Program-made: the position numbers and the translations under genes | Part shown: in pieces, positions 1 to 18,120 of the stretch | How positions within the stretch are numbered: position 1 is the first letter of the stretch | Layout of the letters: each line of letters begins with the position of its first letter | The notes under the pieces: model-generated | The model's input: the letters and a program-made list of their open reading frames with translations, nothing else | Database searches by the model: none | What the model was told of the DNA's origin: nothing | DNA from: Azolla caroliniana | Lineage: Eukaryota > Plantae > Polypodiophyta | Length of the DNA: 64,000 nt | Reading direction: 5' to 3' | Assembly: GCA_043228905.1 (NCBI GenBank) | Contig: JBHGNT010000008.1 | Coordinates: 3,720,001 to 3,784,000 of the forward strand

Positions 1-394
1 TACCATCGCTCTTTCAAGTACGGAGGCGGAATACAGGGGCGCTGCCGTAGCTGTGTGTGAAGCCGTATGGCTCAAGAGGATACTCAAGGATCTGGGCATA
101 CCCATCAAGGATCCGACTCCCCTTTACTGCAACAACATGAGCAGTATCTATGTGGCTCGGAACCCGGTGTTCCACGCGCAGACAAAGCACATCAAAGTGC
201 ACTATCACTTCATCCGAGAGCGCGTTCTAGCTGGCGATGTCGACCTACAACACATTAGCACCAATCTTCAAACGACCGACATCTTCACTAAAGCCTTAGG
301 AGCCGACAAGCTATGGCAATTCATGACCGATCTCGGATTAACGATCCCTGACCTGCCAAGCTTGAGGGGGAGTACTGAAGACATTACGCAATAA
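1..394 (+). mobile_element. Ty1/copia pol 3' end (RNase H domain), truncated by window edge
   Basis: Translation gives IALSSTEAEY, PLYCNNMSSI, NPVFHAQTKHIKVHYHFIRE, DIFTKAL and LRGS, the typical copia RNase H C-terminus. Confidence 0.93.
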
Positions 395-661
395 CGTGTG
401 TGTATTCCGCAAACCGCGCACACTACGCAATAACGCGTGGATTTCGCAACCACGCAATGAAGCTGCGAAGAGCCGATCAACCGCGCAAAGCCGCGAAGAA
501 ATACGCAAGCCGAAGCACAGACTACGCAACTACGCACAACGCAAGCTGGAGCACGGATTCTGCAACTCCGCATAAAGCGAGTCGATGCGGATTCCGGAAC
601 ACGAGTTGAAGCGGATTTCGGATACCATCTAAAACCAACCCGACTTGAGCTTGAGGGGGCG

Positions 662-953
662 TGTTGAGAATCAAGCTCAACTTGGTCTAGTGTGTGAACT
701 CACCTTGAGAGTGAATAGACACTCCAACGGTCAAGAGTCACCATTATGTCACCACTTTGTATTCTAGCATTTAGTATGAGTTATAGAATCATATTCTATG
801 ACACATAACTTATGAGCTTTCACATTCCCCATACTCCATGAGTCTTGTAGTTAATGAAGAGAGAGGGTGACTACATAAAGCACCCTCCTCCCGCCTTGTA
901 AAATGTTTAGTCTGTCTCCTTTGTCAATATACTTTTACTTTGCGTATTCTCTG

Positions 954-1010
<57 letters not shown>

Positions 1011-1045
1011 CACACACACATAACTCACATCTCTTCTGCTTCACA
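662..1045 (+). mobile_element. 3' LTR of the copia element
   Basis: Polypurine tract TTGAGGGGGCG directly precedes TGTTGAGAA at 662; ends ...CTTCACA; contains (CT)n at about 958-1006. The right boundary is a best guess. Confidence 0.65.
958..1020. repeat. (CT)n followed by (CA)n microsatellite
   Basis: Read directly from the sequence. Confidence 0.95.
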
Positions 1046-1278
1046 AGAATCCATCTCTTGATTTTTTACAAACCGAATGAAGGAACCGGATTCGGATATG
1101 AAGAGGACCCGGATGAAATCCGGATGAGATCCGGAAACCGGATTGGATGGACCTGGTGAGAATCGGAAGATGGGACATATTTGTAAATATGTCAGAGTGA
1201 GCCCTCTGAGGCTAAATTTGTAAATAGCCTAAAAGACATATAGGTATAAATATGACTTAGGGCAATCACAGTAGTTGT

Positions 1279-1297
1279 TGTTGTATCATCGTTGTTC

Positions 1298-1332
<35 letters not shown>

Positions 1333-2675
1333 CGTGAGCACTCTTTGTTATAACCGTCGTTTGACGAAGACTGTAAAAGCACGAGGTCGTTGCCTCTGTG
1401 TTACATTTTGTATTCCTTTCTCCCATAGTGATAGTTGGAGTCTGTGGGCTCTCGTGGTTTTTCCCTATTAGGGTTTTCCACATAAACATCATGTGTACTA
1501 CTCTTTGTTGTGTTTGTGTGTACGTGCATTCAACTCCATTCCCATTTCTGTGTTTGATTCTCCATAGAGTGCTTGAGGCTCGGTTGTTGTCGACCATTAT
1601 TCCGCATAAGTACTCTTCAATCTAGTATCAGAGCTAATAACATAAGAAATGGAAGAACCGTTTGGCGGCATGTTCAAGCTCACCGGCTCCAACTACTCAT
1701 TGTGGAAGTCGAAGATGAGGGACATGTTAGTGGTTAAAGATCTTTGGTTGCCGGTTTAGTTCGGGGACAAGAGACCGGATAAGATCAACACCACAATGTG
1801 GGAGGTGATGCACATGAAGACGATGGCATACATCCGGTGCTTCATCGACATGAGCCTGCCAACAACTTCAACGAAGAGAGCAAGGCTCATGAACTCTAGG
1901 AGAAGATCGACATCATGTTTCAGAACAAGAACATCGTGAATAGGGTTTAGGTATTCCGGAAGTTAGTGAGGCTTCGGTACCAAGATGGCTCCAGTATGGC
2001 AGAGCACATGAATGTCTTCCAAGGACTAATAAACCAAACAACTTCGCTTGAAGTACCTCTCACCGATGAGGTACTCACATTGCTCCTGCTCGGTTCCCTC
2101 CCTAATAGTTGGGAGACGTTAGTTGTCACGTTGGGCAATGCTAGGCCAAAAGGTAAACAGTTGTCCCTAGCAAGAGTAAAGTCAAGCTTGCTAGATGAAG
2201 AAGCTCGCCGGAAAAACTGGGAGTCCAGAACCGATCGGAAGGCCTTGGTCACAGAAGATGACCATAACCGGGGAAGAGGCTAGTACCGGAGTCCCCAAAA
2301 CCGGGACAAGTTGGGGATGAGGTCAATGTCAAGGGGGAGGCCCACAAGCTTCTATTGCGAGAAGCCGGGGTACTCCCAAAAGAACTGCCGGCATTTCCGG
2401 AAAGAGAAAGGGACCGATAGTATCGATTCGAAGAAGAGTTCGGACCGAAATGGTTCGGATCGAAAGGGAACATCGGCAATCGCGACGAGTGAGGAAGAAA
2501 TGATGCTCATCACCGAGGAGAATGAGTTGAATCTCATTAGCGAAGAGACAACGTGGGTTGTTGATTCCAGAGCGTCGTTCCATTTGACACCAGACCGGAG
2601 ATGCTTCTCATCCTACACAGCCGGTGACCACGGTTGTGTTCGGATGGGGAATGAAGGTATGCGCTGAATTGTCGG
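1279..2675 (+). mobile_element. Degenerate Ty1/copia 5' part: LTR (about 1279-1619), PBS, gag-protease; cut at 2675 by a gypsy insertion
   Basis: PBS-like TAGTATCAGAGC (tRNA-iMet type) at about 1623. Gag begins MEEPFGGMFKLTGSNYSLWKSKMRDML; also LLLGSLPNSWETLV, a decayed CCHC knuckle and protease WVVDSRASFHLT. Stops and frameshifts are present. Confidence 0.88.
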
Positions 2676-3206
2676 TGTTAGACTCATGATCTAATGTAAG
2701 CATGAGATAAGGATGTTAGATAGATAAATAAGAAAGGAGAGAGAGAAAGAAGGGTGTCAATCCACCTGACCACCCCTAAGTGAAGGGATCGAGTCGGACT
2801 CGAGCCTCGATCGGCGTCCCATACCACCACTGTGGCGTCGAGTCATAGTTGGTGCTGGTGCACTCGCTACAAGAGCTGACCCACCACAAGAATAGAGTCT
2901 CGACATAGTCAAAAGATGATCAAATGAGGGTAGTTAGGCGTCATATTTATAGCGATACCCAAGGCCCCCAGGCAAGTTCACACTTGGCCTAATGGGTTGT
3001 CTCAGTCCCGAGGATTAAAAGTAATCCTCCCCTTCTTTACACTCTCATTTAACCCTCACACATATCCATGTGTATAGAATACTACGGTAAATTCTCACCA
3101 CGGGATATTATATGGTCATGCCCATAACATACTCCCCCTCTTTAAAACATTGCACTCTTGCAATGGAAATTTAGGGAAGTTAGTTCTAAGAGTATTTTCA
3201 CGTTCC

Positions 3207-3662
3207 TGTTGTCCAGAGGACAGAAATGTAAAATTAGGAAATTAGCAAACGCCGAGTCCGAGTATCATGGGCCACCGACGGCTCGGCTGTGTATTAGGGG
3301 AAAAGTTATTTAAACGAGGACCTGTACCTCAGAGAGGGAGAGAAGAAAACTATAGACGGAAGCACTAGCTTAGGCCATCGTAACTAGATAAACTTGTAAG
3401 GTCACCGACCATAGGCCGTGTTCTGTAATCTTTTTTTGTCATATTAATAGATCTGATTTGTGCCCATTTTGCTCCATGAGTCTGTGCTTTGAACCATACC
3501 TATGAGTTCAACGCCGCCACGTCTATCAAGACCCCGCTAGTGTTTTCTCTCTGAACCCTGTCTCTCTCTCGACGTCTCTGTTACGAGCCTTCACGTACCA
3601 CGCCCTTGAATACCGATAGTCGCAGATCTATCGAAGGTGTTCACCCAAAGGAACGGGTAACA
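3207..3662 (+). mobile_element. Solo LTR inserted in the chromodomain
   Basis: Termini TGTT...AACA; 5-bp TSD GTTCC at 3202-3206 and 3663-3667. Removing it restores DATWERENTLRTNFPKF. Confidence 0.88.
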
Positions 3663-5919
3663 GTTCCCATGTGGCATCTTTGATAGATTTATCCATCCAC
3701 TTAATTTTAAATTCTCATATTATTTTAGTACGCAGATTTTTTGTTTTGACATCGAGAATTCTTTCTGGTACATGTGGTTTAGAAGATAATTCTTCAGAAG
3801 TAACCAGAGTTTCAGTTGTCATTGTATTGTCACCAGAACCTAGAAGTTCTTTTAGACGACTTACATAAAAAATTGGATGAATTTCAACACCATCGGGAAG
3901 AGCGAGACGGTAGGCCGATGAACTAATCCGTTTGAGGACTGTAAAAGGTCCACAAAACCGTGGGGCTAACTTAGCGCACTTACCCGTAGACAATGTCTTA
4001 GAATTGTGAGGTACACGTAAAAATACCTTTTGTCGAAGGTTGAATACACGAGGTTGCCTATTATGATCGGCGTAAAAACGCGCTCTATCTTGAGCTATTT
4101 TTATATTATCTCATGCAATATGCAACATATCTTGCATATCCTGAAGAAATTTTTGTGTACTTCGCAACTCATCATGATGTATATTAACATCAATCAAGGC
4201 TCGTGGCTGAAAACCATACATCAACATAAAAGGACTATATATCCCGTCGACGTATGTTTGGAGCTGTTATAAGCAAAATCCAAAATTGGGAGATAACGTT
4301 CCCATTTTGTTGGTTTTGCACCAACGTATGCTCGAAGCATGTCCTCAATAATTTGATTTACTCATTTTGTCTGTCCATCGGTTGAGGATGATCCGTGGAG
4401 CTCATGCTCAACGTAGTTTCTAACTTCTTGAAGACTTGCGTCCAAAAGTCACTAGTGAACTTTGGATCTCGATCACTCACAATATCCATCGGTAACCCAT
4501 AAAAACAAAATAACTCGTCAACGAATTGGTAAGCCAATTCAGGAGTTGTTACCGTGGTTTTAGTAGCAATAAATCTGGCCATTTTAGTTAGCCTATGAAC
4601 CACAACCCAAATGGCATCATGACCTTTTTGGGTGCGAGGAAGGCTAACAATAAAATCCATGGATATACTTTCCCACTTATTATTGGGAATGTCCAAGGGA
4701 TGTAAAAGTCCTGCAGCTTTAAGTCGCTCGGCTTTGTTAACCTGACATTGGTGACATTTAGACACATAGTTATGTATGTCAGGATGCATCTTAGGCCAAT
4801 AGAATTGAGTGGAGATAAGAACGAGTGTACAATGTATTCCATGGTGCCTTACTGAGGGTGCATCATGGCATTCAAAAAGAATTCTCTTTTTGACCTCAGG
4901 CAAATCTGGAACACAAACCTTCCCATTACGGTAGAGCAAACCATTAGCAATGTGGAAGTATTCCTTCGAGGATGCGGTGGTGTCTATTCCAGACTCAACG
5001 TTTGCCCAGTATTTTGCAAAATGATTGTCATCGGGATACTTTCCTCGAAGGTGATCATAAAGATATGAAGTTATTCCATTGAAGCTAAGCATGTTAACTT
5101 CACGGATGCGACTTAGTGCATCAATGACAGTGTTCATGGAACCTTTACGATATCGTATGGAAAAATCAAAGTCCTGGATGAGATCAGCCCATCGTGCCTT
5201 ACGACCTTTCAGGTCTTGTTGGTCACAAAAATATTTCAAGAACTCGTGGTCTGTAGTTACCACAAAACGATTTCCATAAAGATAATGGCGGCATGTTTTG
5301 AGTGCATGTATAACTGCAAATAATTCCTTTTCTTGAACCGTATACCGAGATTGAGCAGAATCAAGTTTCTTACTCTCGGATGCTATTGGTTTACCATCTT
5401 GATATAAGACAGCACCTATAGCATAATCGCTTGCATCAATTCCAACTTCAAAAGGTTTTGAAGGATCAGGTAGAAGAAGTGAAGGAGCCTTGCACACTAG
5501 GTCCTTGAGTTCCTTAAAGGCGAGGTCTAGTCTAGCATTCCACCCAATAGGTTTTGTAGACTTACGTGTTTGACCTTTTAGAAGATCAGTAAACGGCGTC
5601 GTCATTTGGGAGTAATTACGAAGGGATTTTCGCAAAAACCCGACAAAACCAAGGAATGGTCGAACTTCTCAAATATTCCGAAGAGTGGGCCAAAGTTTGA
5701 TTTTCTCGATGCCAAAAGGATCAATGTCAACTCCTCGTTCGGTTATCAGATGTCCAAGATAAGTAATTGATTTCTTGAAGAATTCGCATTTTGAGATCTT
5801 AGCGTAAAACTGTTTGTTGCGCAATGTTTGTAAAACAAAGCGGACATGTTTAGCATGTTCTTCTAATGTACGGTTATAAACTAAACTATCATCCAAGAAA
5901 ATAACGAAAATAACGACAA

Positions 5920-7626
5920 ATAACGGCTCAAATCTAGTCTTATAGTGTAGTGTGATTTAAGGAATTTTATTCCTTTTTCATTGAAGACAAAATTGGCAAC
6001 CCACCCCCCTTTTGTTTTTCCCTATAAAAGGAGGTCGAGGGGGGCTCATTCGGGAGGACGTTTTGGGAGGAGGACACTATCGCCAATTTTCCTTCGGAGC
6101 TCTTCATCTTCTTATTCACCACTTCTCTTCATCTCATACCCCTTCATCCCCCCATCGCCACGTGCTCGTCTTCTTCGCGTCAGCACTTGAAGTGCTCGTG
6201 AGCCTAAGCTTCGTTGGTTCGATGTTGCTCCGCCCCGTTCGTCATTGCGAGCCCGTGTGCTCGCCGTTCAGGTGGTCGTGGTTTGTTGGGATTGGCATTT
6301 TGGTGGTGCTCGTGTGTTCATCTTCGCCATGTTCAGATTTGCTCTTGTCTCTAAGGGCATTTAGTATTTATGTTTTGATTGAGCTTGTGGTTAACTATAA
6401 GTTGCCATTGTAATCAAACCCTATTTTATAAAGGGTCCTCTTGCGTTGGAATCGAACACGTATTTATCTCTTTGGTCGATATCATTCGTGTTTCTTTCTC
6501 TCCTTCTTTCTTTGTTCGTGTCTTCCTTGTACGTTCGGCCGTCTTGTGACGAGGGAGCATTTCGGGCGTGCCCATGCACCTCTCCTCCTCATAAAGACGT
6601 ACGAGCATTTGTGCGTGTGTTTGTGTCTTCCTTGTACGTTCGGCCGTCTTGTGACGAGGGACCGGTTCGGGCTTGCCCATGCACCTCTCCTCCTCATAAA
6701 GGCGTACGAGCATTTTGTGCGTGTGTTTGTGTCTTCCTTGTACGTTTGGTCATCTTGTGACGAGGGAGCGTTCGGGCGTGCCCATGCACCTCTCCTCCTC
6801 ATAAAGGCATACGAGCATTTGTGTGTGTGTTTGTGTCTTCCTTGTACGTTCGGCCGTCTTGTGACAAGGGAGCGTTTCGGGCGTGCCCATACACCTCTCC
6901 TCCTCATAAAGACGTACGAGCATTTGTGCGTGTGTTTGTGTCTTCCTTGTACGTTCGGCCGTCTTGTGACAAGGGACCGTTTCGGGCTTGCCCATGCACC
7001 TCTCCTCCTCATAAAGGTGTACGAGCATTTTGTGCGTGTGTTTGTGTCTTCCTTGTACGTTCGGTCATCTCGTGACGTGGGAGCGTTTGGGCTTGCCCAT
7101 GCACCTCTCCTCCTCATAAAGGCATACGAGCATTTTGTGTGTGTGTTTGTGTCTTCCTTGTACGTTCGGCCGTCTTGTGACGAGGGAGCATTTCGAGCGT
7201 GCCCATGCACCTCTCCTCCTCATAAAGGTGTACGAGCATTTGTGCATGTGTTTTGTGTCTTCCTCGTACATTCGACATCTTGTGACGAGGGAGCATTCGG
7301 GCGTGCCCATGCACCTCTCCTCCTCATAAAGACGTACAGACATTCGTGTTTGTGTTATCGTCCCCTTGTGCGTTCATCTTGCGTGCTCATCTTGCTTGTA
7401 CCCGTTTGGTCACTTGGCTCATGCGGTGATCTCGAAAGGTCAACGAATCGTGATCAATGAGAGCAACTAGCCTCACAAAAGAAAAGGGCAACGAGACCTT
7501 GCTCAGGAAGGGGTCGGGAAGTAGTATTGTCGTAAAGCAAACCTCGGGTCTTCTCTATCCCTTGAGTACTCCCTAGTCCAAGATCCCCGTCGCCCAAGTA
7601 ACACACGTGCGCGAAACTTCGCGACA
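5920..7626 (+). mobile_element. Large LTR-like insert interrupting the gypsy RT, left end lost
   Basis: RT breaks after KTVFCT (about 7630) and resumes at FVIFLDD (about 5910). The insert has a TATA box (CCTATAAAAG at about 6021), ends in ...GCGACA and carries an internal tandem array. No TSD is visible. Confidence 0.6.
6520..7345. repeat. Tandem repeat, about 8 copies of a 104-106 bp unit
   Basis: The unit start GTCTTCCT recurs at 6520, 6625, 6731, 6835, 6940, 7046, 7151 and 7257. Confidence 0.95.
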
Positions 7627-10600
7627 GCACGTACAAAATACCGTTTTAGGAACATCGTCCTCACTTATACGAATTTGATGGTAGCTCGTACGGAGATCAA
7701 GTTTCGTAAAATACCGAGCTCCTTGTAGACGGTCAATTAGATCGGCAGCCCCGGGCAATGGATATGAATTCTTAATCGTCACTTTATTCAAGCGTAAGTA
7801 ATTAATACACATACGCCATGTGCCCTCTTTCTTTTTTACCAAGAGAACAGGTGCACCCCATGGAGATTTACTATAACGTATATAACCCATTCGTAAATAG
7901 TCCTTGAGTTGCTTAGATACCTCGTCCTCTTCGAATCGACTTAATCGATAAGGAGGTATACTTATTGGTGCAACGCTAGGTACAATATCTATACGATGGT
8001 CTATATTACGTTTAGGAGGTAAACCATCTGGTAGTTCACTCAAAAAAACATCACGAAAATCATTTAAGATTTCATCGAGTTGTTGTTGTTCAAAATATGA
8101 TAATTGACCCGAGACATTATCAATATTGTAAACGTGAATGTCTGGATCAAGTATACAATAAAATAAAGTAGAACAAGACAACTCAGATATTGATGGAGAG
8201 AAAACAATCGAAAGAGATTGTTTATTTACACATTAAATAAAATGAGTACAATCCTTCAATACAAAGGTAATTGAATGGTGAACCCAATCAATAGATAAAG
8301 AAGAGTTTTTATTAAAAAATCAGGGATAACCCAGTATTACATCAGTGGTACAAAGATTCATTACATGGAAGTCTACTTCCTCTGTATAAACTTATCAATA
8401 GAAATTCCTAATGAATGAATCTCCCCCCGTTGATGTATTGTACTCTTCCATTAGCCAAGTGCACCGTATAGGTGTGATCACTTACGGTGGGTTGGATTCC
8501 CCATATCTGAACCAAACGATCATTCACAAAGTTGTGTGAGCTTCCTGAATCAAATAAATATTGTACAGGAGATCCATTGATATACCCGTTTGCACGTAGT
8601 AAATCATTGGGTCCCAATACATAGTCAGGGAAAGAACATTTACAATTACTTAAATGATGTGTATAGACCTCAAGGACATTAGGAATCTGACCTTTATGGT
8701 CTGCAACTTTTGATTTGTTGTCGTGCTCTTTTCGTTGGAGCTTTCAACATTACTCTTTTGTATGATCCTTCTTTTTCCAAAATACGCAAAAAGGATGTTG
8801 TCGCTTACAATCGCGATCCATGAATTCGTTGGGTGTCTTGCGTTTCCCAGTGAATTGCGACTGCTTAGTCTCGAGCGCTTCGTTGGGTTTGTTATGGTCC
8901 TTCGAAGTGCGTTGATAGCGAAGAACTATTTCAATGGCCTCTTCAAAGGATTTTGGATCCTTATCATGCACTATCCAGTGATAGTTCGAATTGGGGATGC
9001 CATTGACAAAACAAGTTATCAACCAATTGTCCCCTTCTAGACCCGACTTTTGGATTTGGGTTCTAGCATGGTGAACATAGTCTTCTAGCGAGGAAAACTT
9101 CCTGCTAGAGAGGTTCATTAACACTTGTGCTGCCTCGGTTCGAGAGGGAGGTTGCAAAAATTGGCCCTTGAAAACTGTGACAAAATTTGTCCAGGTTTCG
9201 GGCAATTTCCCCAAAGTTCGGAGCCCACGCCACTAAGCGGCGGCCTTACCCCCTAGTTCTTGGCTGACATATGCAATCTTCGTACTATCTAGTGTGGGAT
9301 AGAGCTCAAAATAAGACTCCCATCGGCCCAGCCACGTGCAGCTTGCTTCTTCGGTTCTTTCCTTTTTTTCTCCCGTAAATGGCTTTACGACAAATGATGG
9401 TTCACCCTGACGCTCATCGGGTCTATTAGTCTCATGTTGTAAACTAATGTGCCTCGAGAGCACTTTGAGATTGCTGAAGTTCAAACATTTGATGCACGGT
9501 TGAACTAAGGAAATTTTGTATTTGTAAACAATACGACTCAATGGACATTGGCCCAGGAGGATTTCCTTGAGTTCTTTCCGCTTGAGCGGATGACATCGGG
9601 TCGTTATTCTAAGCCATTGAATGATTATTTCTGGCAAAGAAATAGGATAAGGTCAAACAAATAGTCATAACATCATGTCGTGATGCAAATATATCATGGG
9701 CAAACATTAATTGATATCATGATCTCACGTCAATACCCCTCTAGACGTATGAGATGAGGTTCAAGATCAGGTTACATGGTAACACAAAGGTGTTTTAAAA
9801 ACCATGGGGATGACAAATGAATGTCTTTCCCTGATCTCTATATTGATTTTTTTCATGGCGACTCCCCGAGCCTCAACCATGTATGTTCGTGTCATGAATA
9901 GTTTATACACGAAAAAAATGTTAACAAGAACCTATGTTTCTATGCCCACATATGTGGTTTCGGCTCTTTTAAGTCCTATTATGAGAACCTTGAAGCGCAC
10001 TTAGACCTAAAGTCTAAACATGTATTATAGTCATATGTATCAACAATGTTGTATGGTCTTGGTCATATTGAACTCGAGACCTCGAGAACAAATGCATTGA
10101 ACACTTAAGTTAACCAAATAAGTTGCTCGTGTTGAATGTTGAACGTTTTATGCGTATAAGAGATATGCGAGGCATTTGCCCATATATGTTTTTTTTCAAA
10201 GAAACATATATGTCAAGAGTCCTTATTTCCCCCTCATTTACCACAAACTATGTTGGTACGTTACCTAACCTCAAGTCTCATAATTACGATGACATACGCC
10301 AAAGTGCAACCTAATGGTCAAGCCAAATGAGCCCTCTTTTCATAGTAGGTCCACGTGGCCCATCAGATGGTTACGTCATTATGAATGCCTTTCGTAAGAA
10401 TGATCTCATGGTGGCATCGTATCCATGTAATGAGGGAGGGATGTTGGATATGTGTGCCATAGGAACGACCTCACATGAAGTGGGTCAAGCCCTACGTTTT
10501 CAAGATCAGTATGGCTATGAGCGTTTCATTACGTAAAGAAATCGAAGTGACTAACAAGGATGTCAACAAAAAAAATTGTTGAAAAAAGGATGGTGACTAC

Positions 10601-11019
10601 ACCATTCTCACAAAAATGTGAGGGCGGCCACCAAGATCCTTTCCCCGAAAAGGACAACATACAATATAGAAATTACGTTATAACTAACATACACATATGT
10701 ATATTTATCACACATATACGATCAAATATGTATACACGTGACCACATATGCGTATATTAAGAAAAATCGTAACATCAAATAGCCAACATATGATGAAATC
10801 GAGACACATAATTGAGGCATATGCGTATGGACTCATCGATCAAATGTTTTGGTTTTAAAATTAAATTTTGGTCACTTCAATCACAAATTTTGGTTTATGG
10901 GATTAAACCAGTATAACTCGGTGTAAATTCATAGAATTGGATTTTAAGGTGACCTTTCAATTGAAATTTTTGATATATAATTTCAAATACAAATACAAAA
11001 ATTTCCTAAGGCTCAAATC

Positions 11020-11186
11020 TACTAGCCCTATTTACCAAAATACCAAAAATTTCCTAGTAGATTTGAGTGTATAATTACTTTATAAAGTGTATTTTTTTGA
11101 ACATAGGGGTAGTTTGGTAAATTTGGAACTTCCAGGGGCATTCTGGTAAATAGACGAACTTCTAGGGGTATCCTAGTACTTTTCCC
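11020..11186. mobile_element. Probable Mutator-like TIR/MITE end
   Basis: Repeated GGTAAAT/ATTTACC and GGGGTA motifs ending in TTTTCCC, reminiscent of plant MULE termini. No partner end or TSD was found. Confidence 0.35.
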
Positions 11187-11189
11187 AAA

Positions 11190-12120
11190 AAAAAACTAGC
11201 AATAAAGATAATAAATTAATAAACTAAACTTTAAAATAAAAGGAAATACAAATAAAACCATAATAATAATAAGTAAAAATAATGCAGACAAAACCATTTG
11301 TTTTAAATTTACATAATAAAAACTATTTAATTTACTAAAAAAATTTAATTCAATACTAATGAATTAATTTACTAAAAATTTTAATTAATTAGGGTTCCTG
11401 AATTCAACCAAAATTAGGGTTTTAGGAATTAAAATATTAATTAATTCACTAATAATGAATTAATTTACTAAAACATTAATTAATTCATGAATTATTTTAT
11501 TTTATTTTTCCATAAAAATTATGCTCCATTGGTATTAAAACTAAAAAGGCCAGTGGCACTATACAAATAGACTATAATATTTTCCATGTCTACAAGTTAT
11601 ATCATCAAAGAAAGGACCAAATATAAGTGGTGGCCTTTGGCAAGATAAAGATAATTATAAACTATGAAAACAAATCTCTTGCCAATAACACCTTTGCTAT
11701 ACCACATACAAAGGGGATATACTCGAGGACCCTATCGTTAATTCATGAATAATTAATTAATTAGGGATCCTAATTTCAACCAACTTCAGGGTTTCAGCCA
11801 AACCCTGAGTTTAGAGGCCAAGAACAATATGTAGATGTCACTTAGAGGATGAGGGGGAGGCGAGGATGCAAGCCGAGAAGAAGAAATATGGTTGAAATTA
11901 GGGTTTTCAGCCGAAACCCTAATTTGGAGGCCGAGAACAGGATGCAAGGGGAGGCGAGGGTGTACGCATCACGGACAAGATGCAGGGTGTGGCCTCTTCG
12001 CTGACAGTAGCAACAATAAAAAAACGTTTTTTTTTTTTTCCAAAATAAACAAAACGAATATTGTTAACCGTATTCATATTCTGATTCATATGCATTTGTG
12101 GGGCTCCATGTCAATCTATG
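11190..12120. mobile_element. One-ended hAT-type non-autonomous element remnant
   Basis: Ends in TGTCAATCTATG (12109-12120), identical to the right TIR of the hAT MITE at 35530-36158; AT-rich interior. The left TIR was not found, so the start is approximate. Confidence 0.45.
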
Positions 12121-12188
12121 GGTAGGTTCTATTATCACTTGTTTTAATATAACAAACATACATTTTACTAGAAAAAAAAAAAAGACTT

Positions 12189-12266
12189 GACTTGGAGAAG
12201 ACTGGTCAAGACTTGGAAAAGACTGGTCAAGACTTGGAAAAGACCGGTCAAGACTTGGAGAAGACT
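12189..12266. repeat. 21-bp tandem repeat (GACTTGGARAAGACYGGTCAA), about 3.7 copies, upstream of AKR copy 1
   Basis: Read directly; a related degenerate array lies upstream of AKR copy 2. Confidence 0.85.
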
Positions 12267-12413
12267 CTCTCTCAGTCAAGCCTCTCCTGGATGGAACGTG
12301 CACTGCACGATAAGCATAATATCATGCCGGGTCATAAAAGACACAGGAAATTCCTCTCTCCTACCTCCTGATGCGTCCAATCTTCCTGAGCAAAACTCCA
12401 AAACCCTCAAGCT

Positions 12414-17436
<5,023 letters not shown>

Positions 17437-18120
17437 GCTATCTTAAGGACTTGGGGGAAACTAATTATTAATTATGACCATAGGAGCATATATAAAACTT
17501 ATGTCCTGAGAGAAATATTAAGAAAGGAACACATAAAGGCAGTTGTTTATAGTTTTTCTTGTATTTCTCACCTGATTATGATATGTCTTTTAAGCAGACT
17601 GCTTGGCAATATAAGGCCACAAGTGATTATAATGTGGTGGATGTCGAGGAATTGCAAAACTCGACGCATAGCACCAAATAGATTTATGTCTATATTTTAT
17701 ATGTTAAATAAATGGGCTCCTTAATCAGTTGAAGACTCTGATTAAAAAAATTAAAAATCTTAGTTTATTGAAGTTAACAACTTGTAATCGTAATGGAGCC
17801 ATGCATTCATGACATTGATAACTTCTCTTTACACGTGTGGGCAGTGATTGTTCAGCAATGGATTTCTTTGTAAAGGGGCAATCGGTTGACATCTATATAT
17901 GGTTTCTTTGTTGGAAAGGATGTTACTCTAATATTACTTCTCAACAAATTTTGTTCTCCCCTAATTGAATTTTCTCTCATGTTTTTCTTGTTCTACCCAA
18001 ATTTTATTGGTGAGGGTGTGAAAGATGCAACATCTGGTGTTGTCGCAAAAGCTATGTCTTATTCAAGTGTTCTTATTGAGTCTTCTTGAGAACCATCTTG
18101 AGATCTATATGGAGGGACGT

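Larger units (their letters stand above)
2676..9640 (-). mobile_element. Ty3/gypsy chromovirus (gag, protease, RT, RNase H, integrase, chromodomain, PPT, 3' LTR 2676-3129), degenerate, with two nested inserts
   Basis: Minus-strand motifs: [55 protein letters not shown], integrase WESISMDF and IVSDRDPKFTS, GPF, and chromodomain PERILD...IKW...DATWE. PPT GAGGGGGAGTA abuts an LTR bounded by TGTTA...TAACA. No matching 5' LTR was found in the window. Confidence 0.92.

Noticed and set aside
6441-7460. 339-aa ORF as a real repeat protein
   Set aside because: Unit lengths of 104 and 106 bp shift frame between repeats, so there is no coding constraint; ORFs appear in several frames on both strands.
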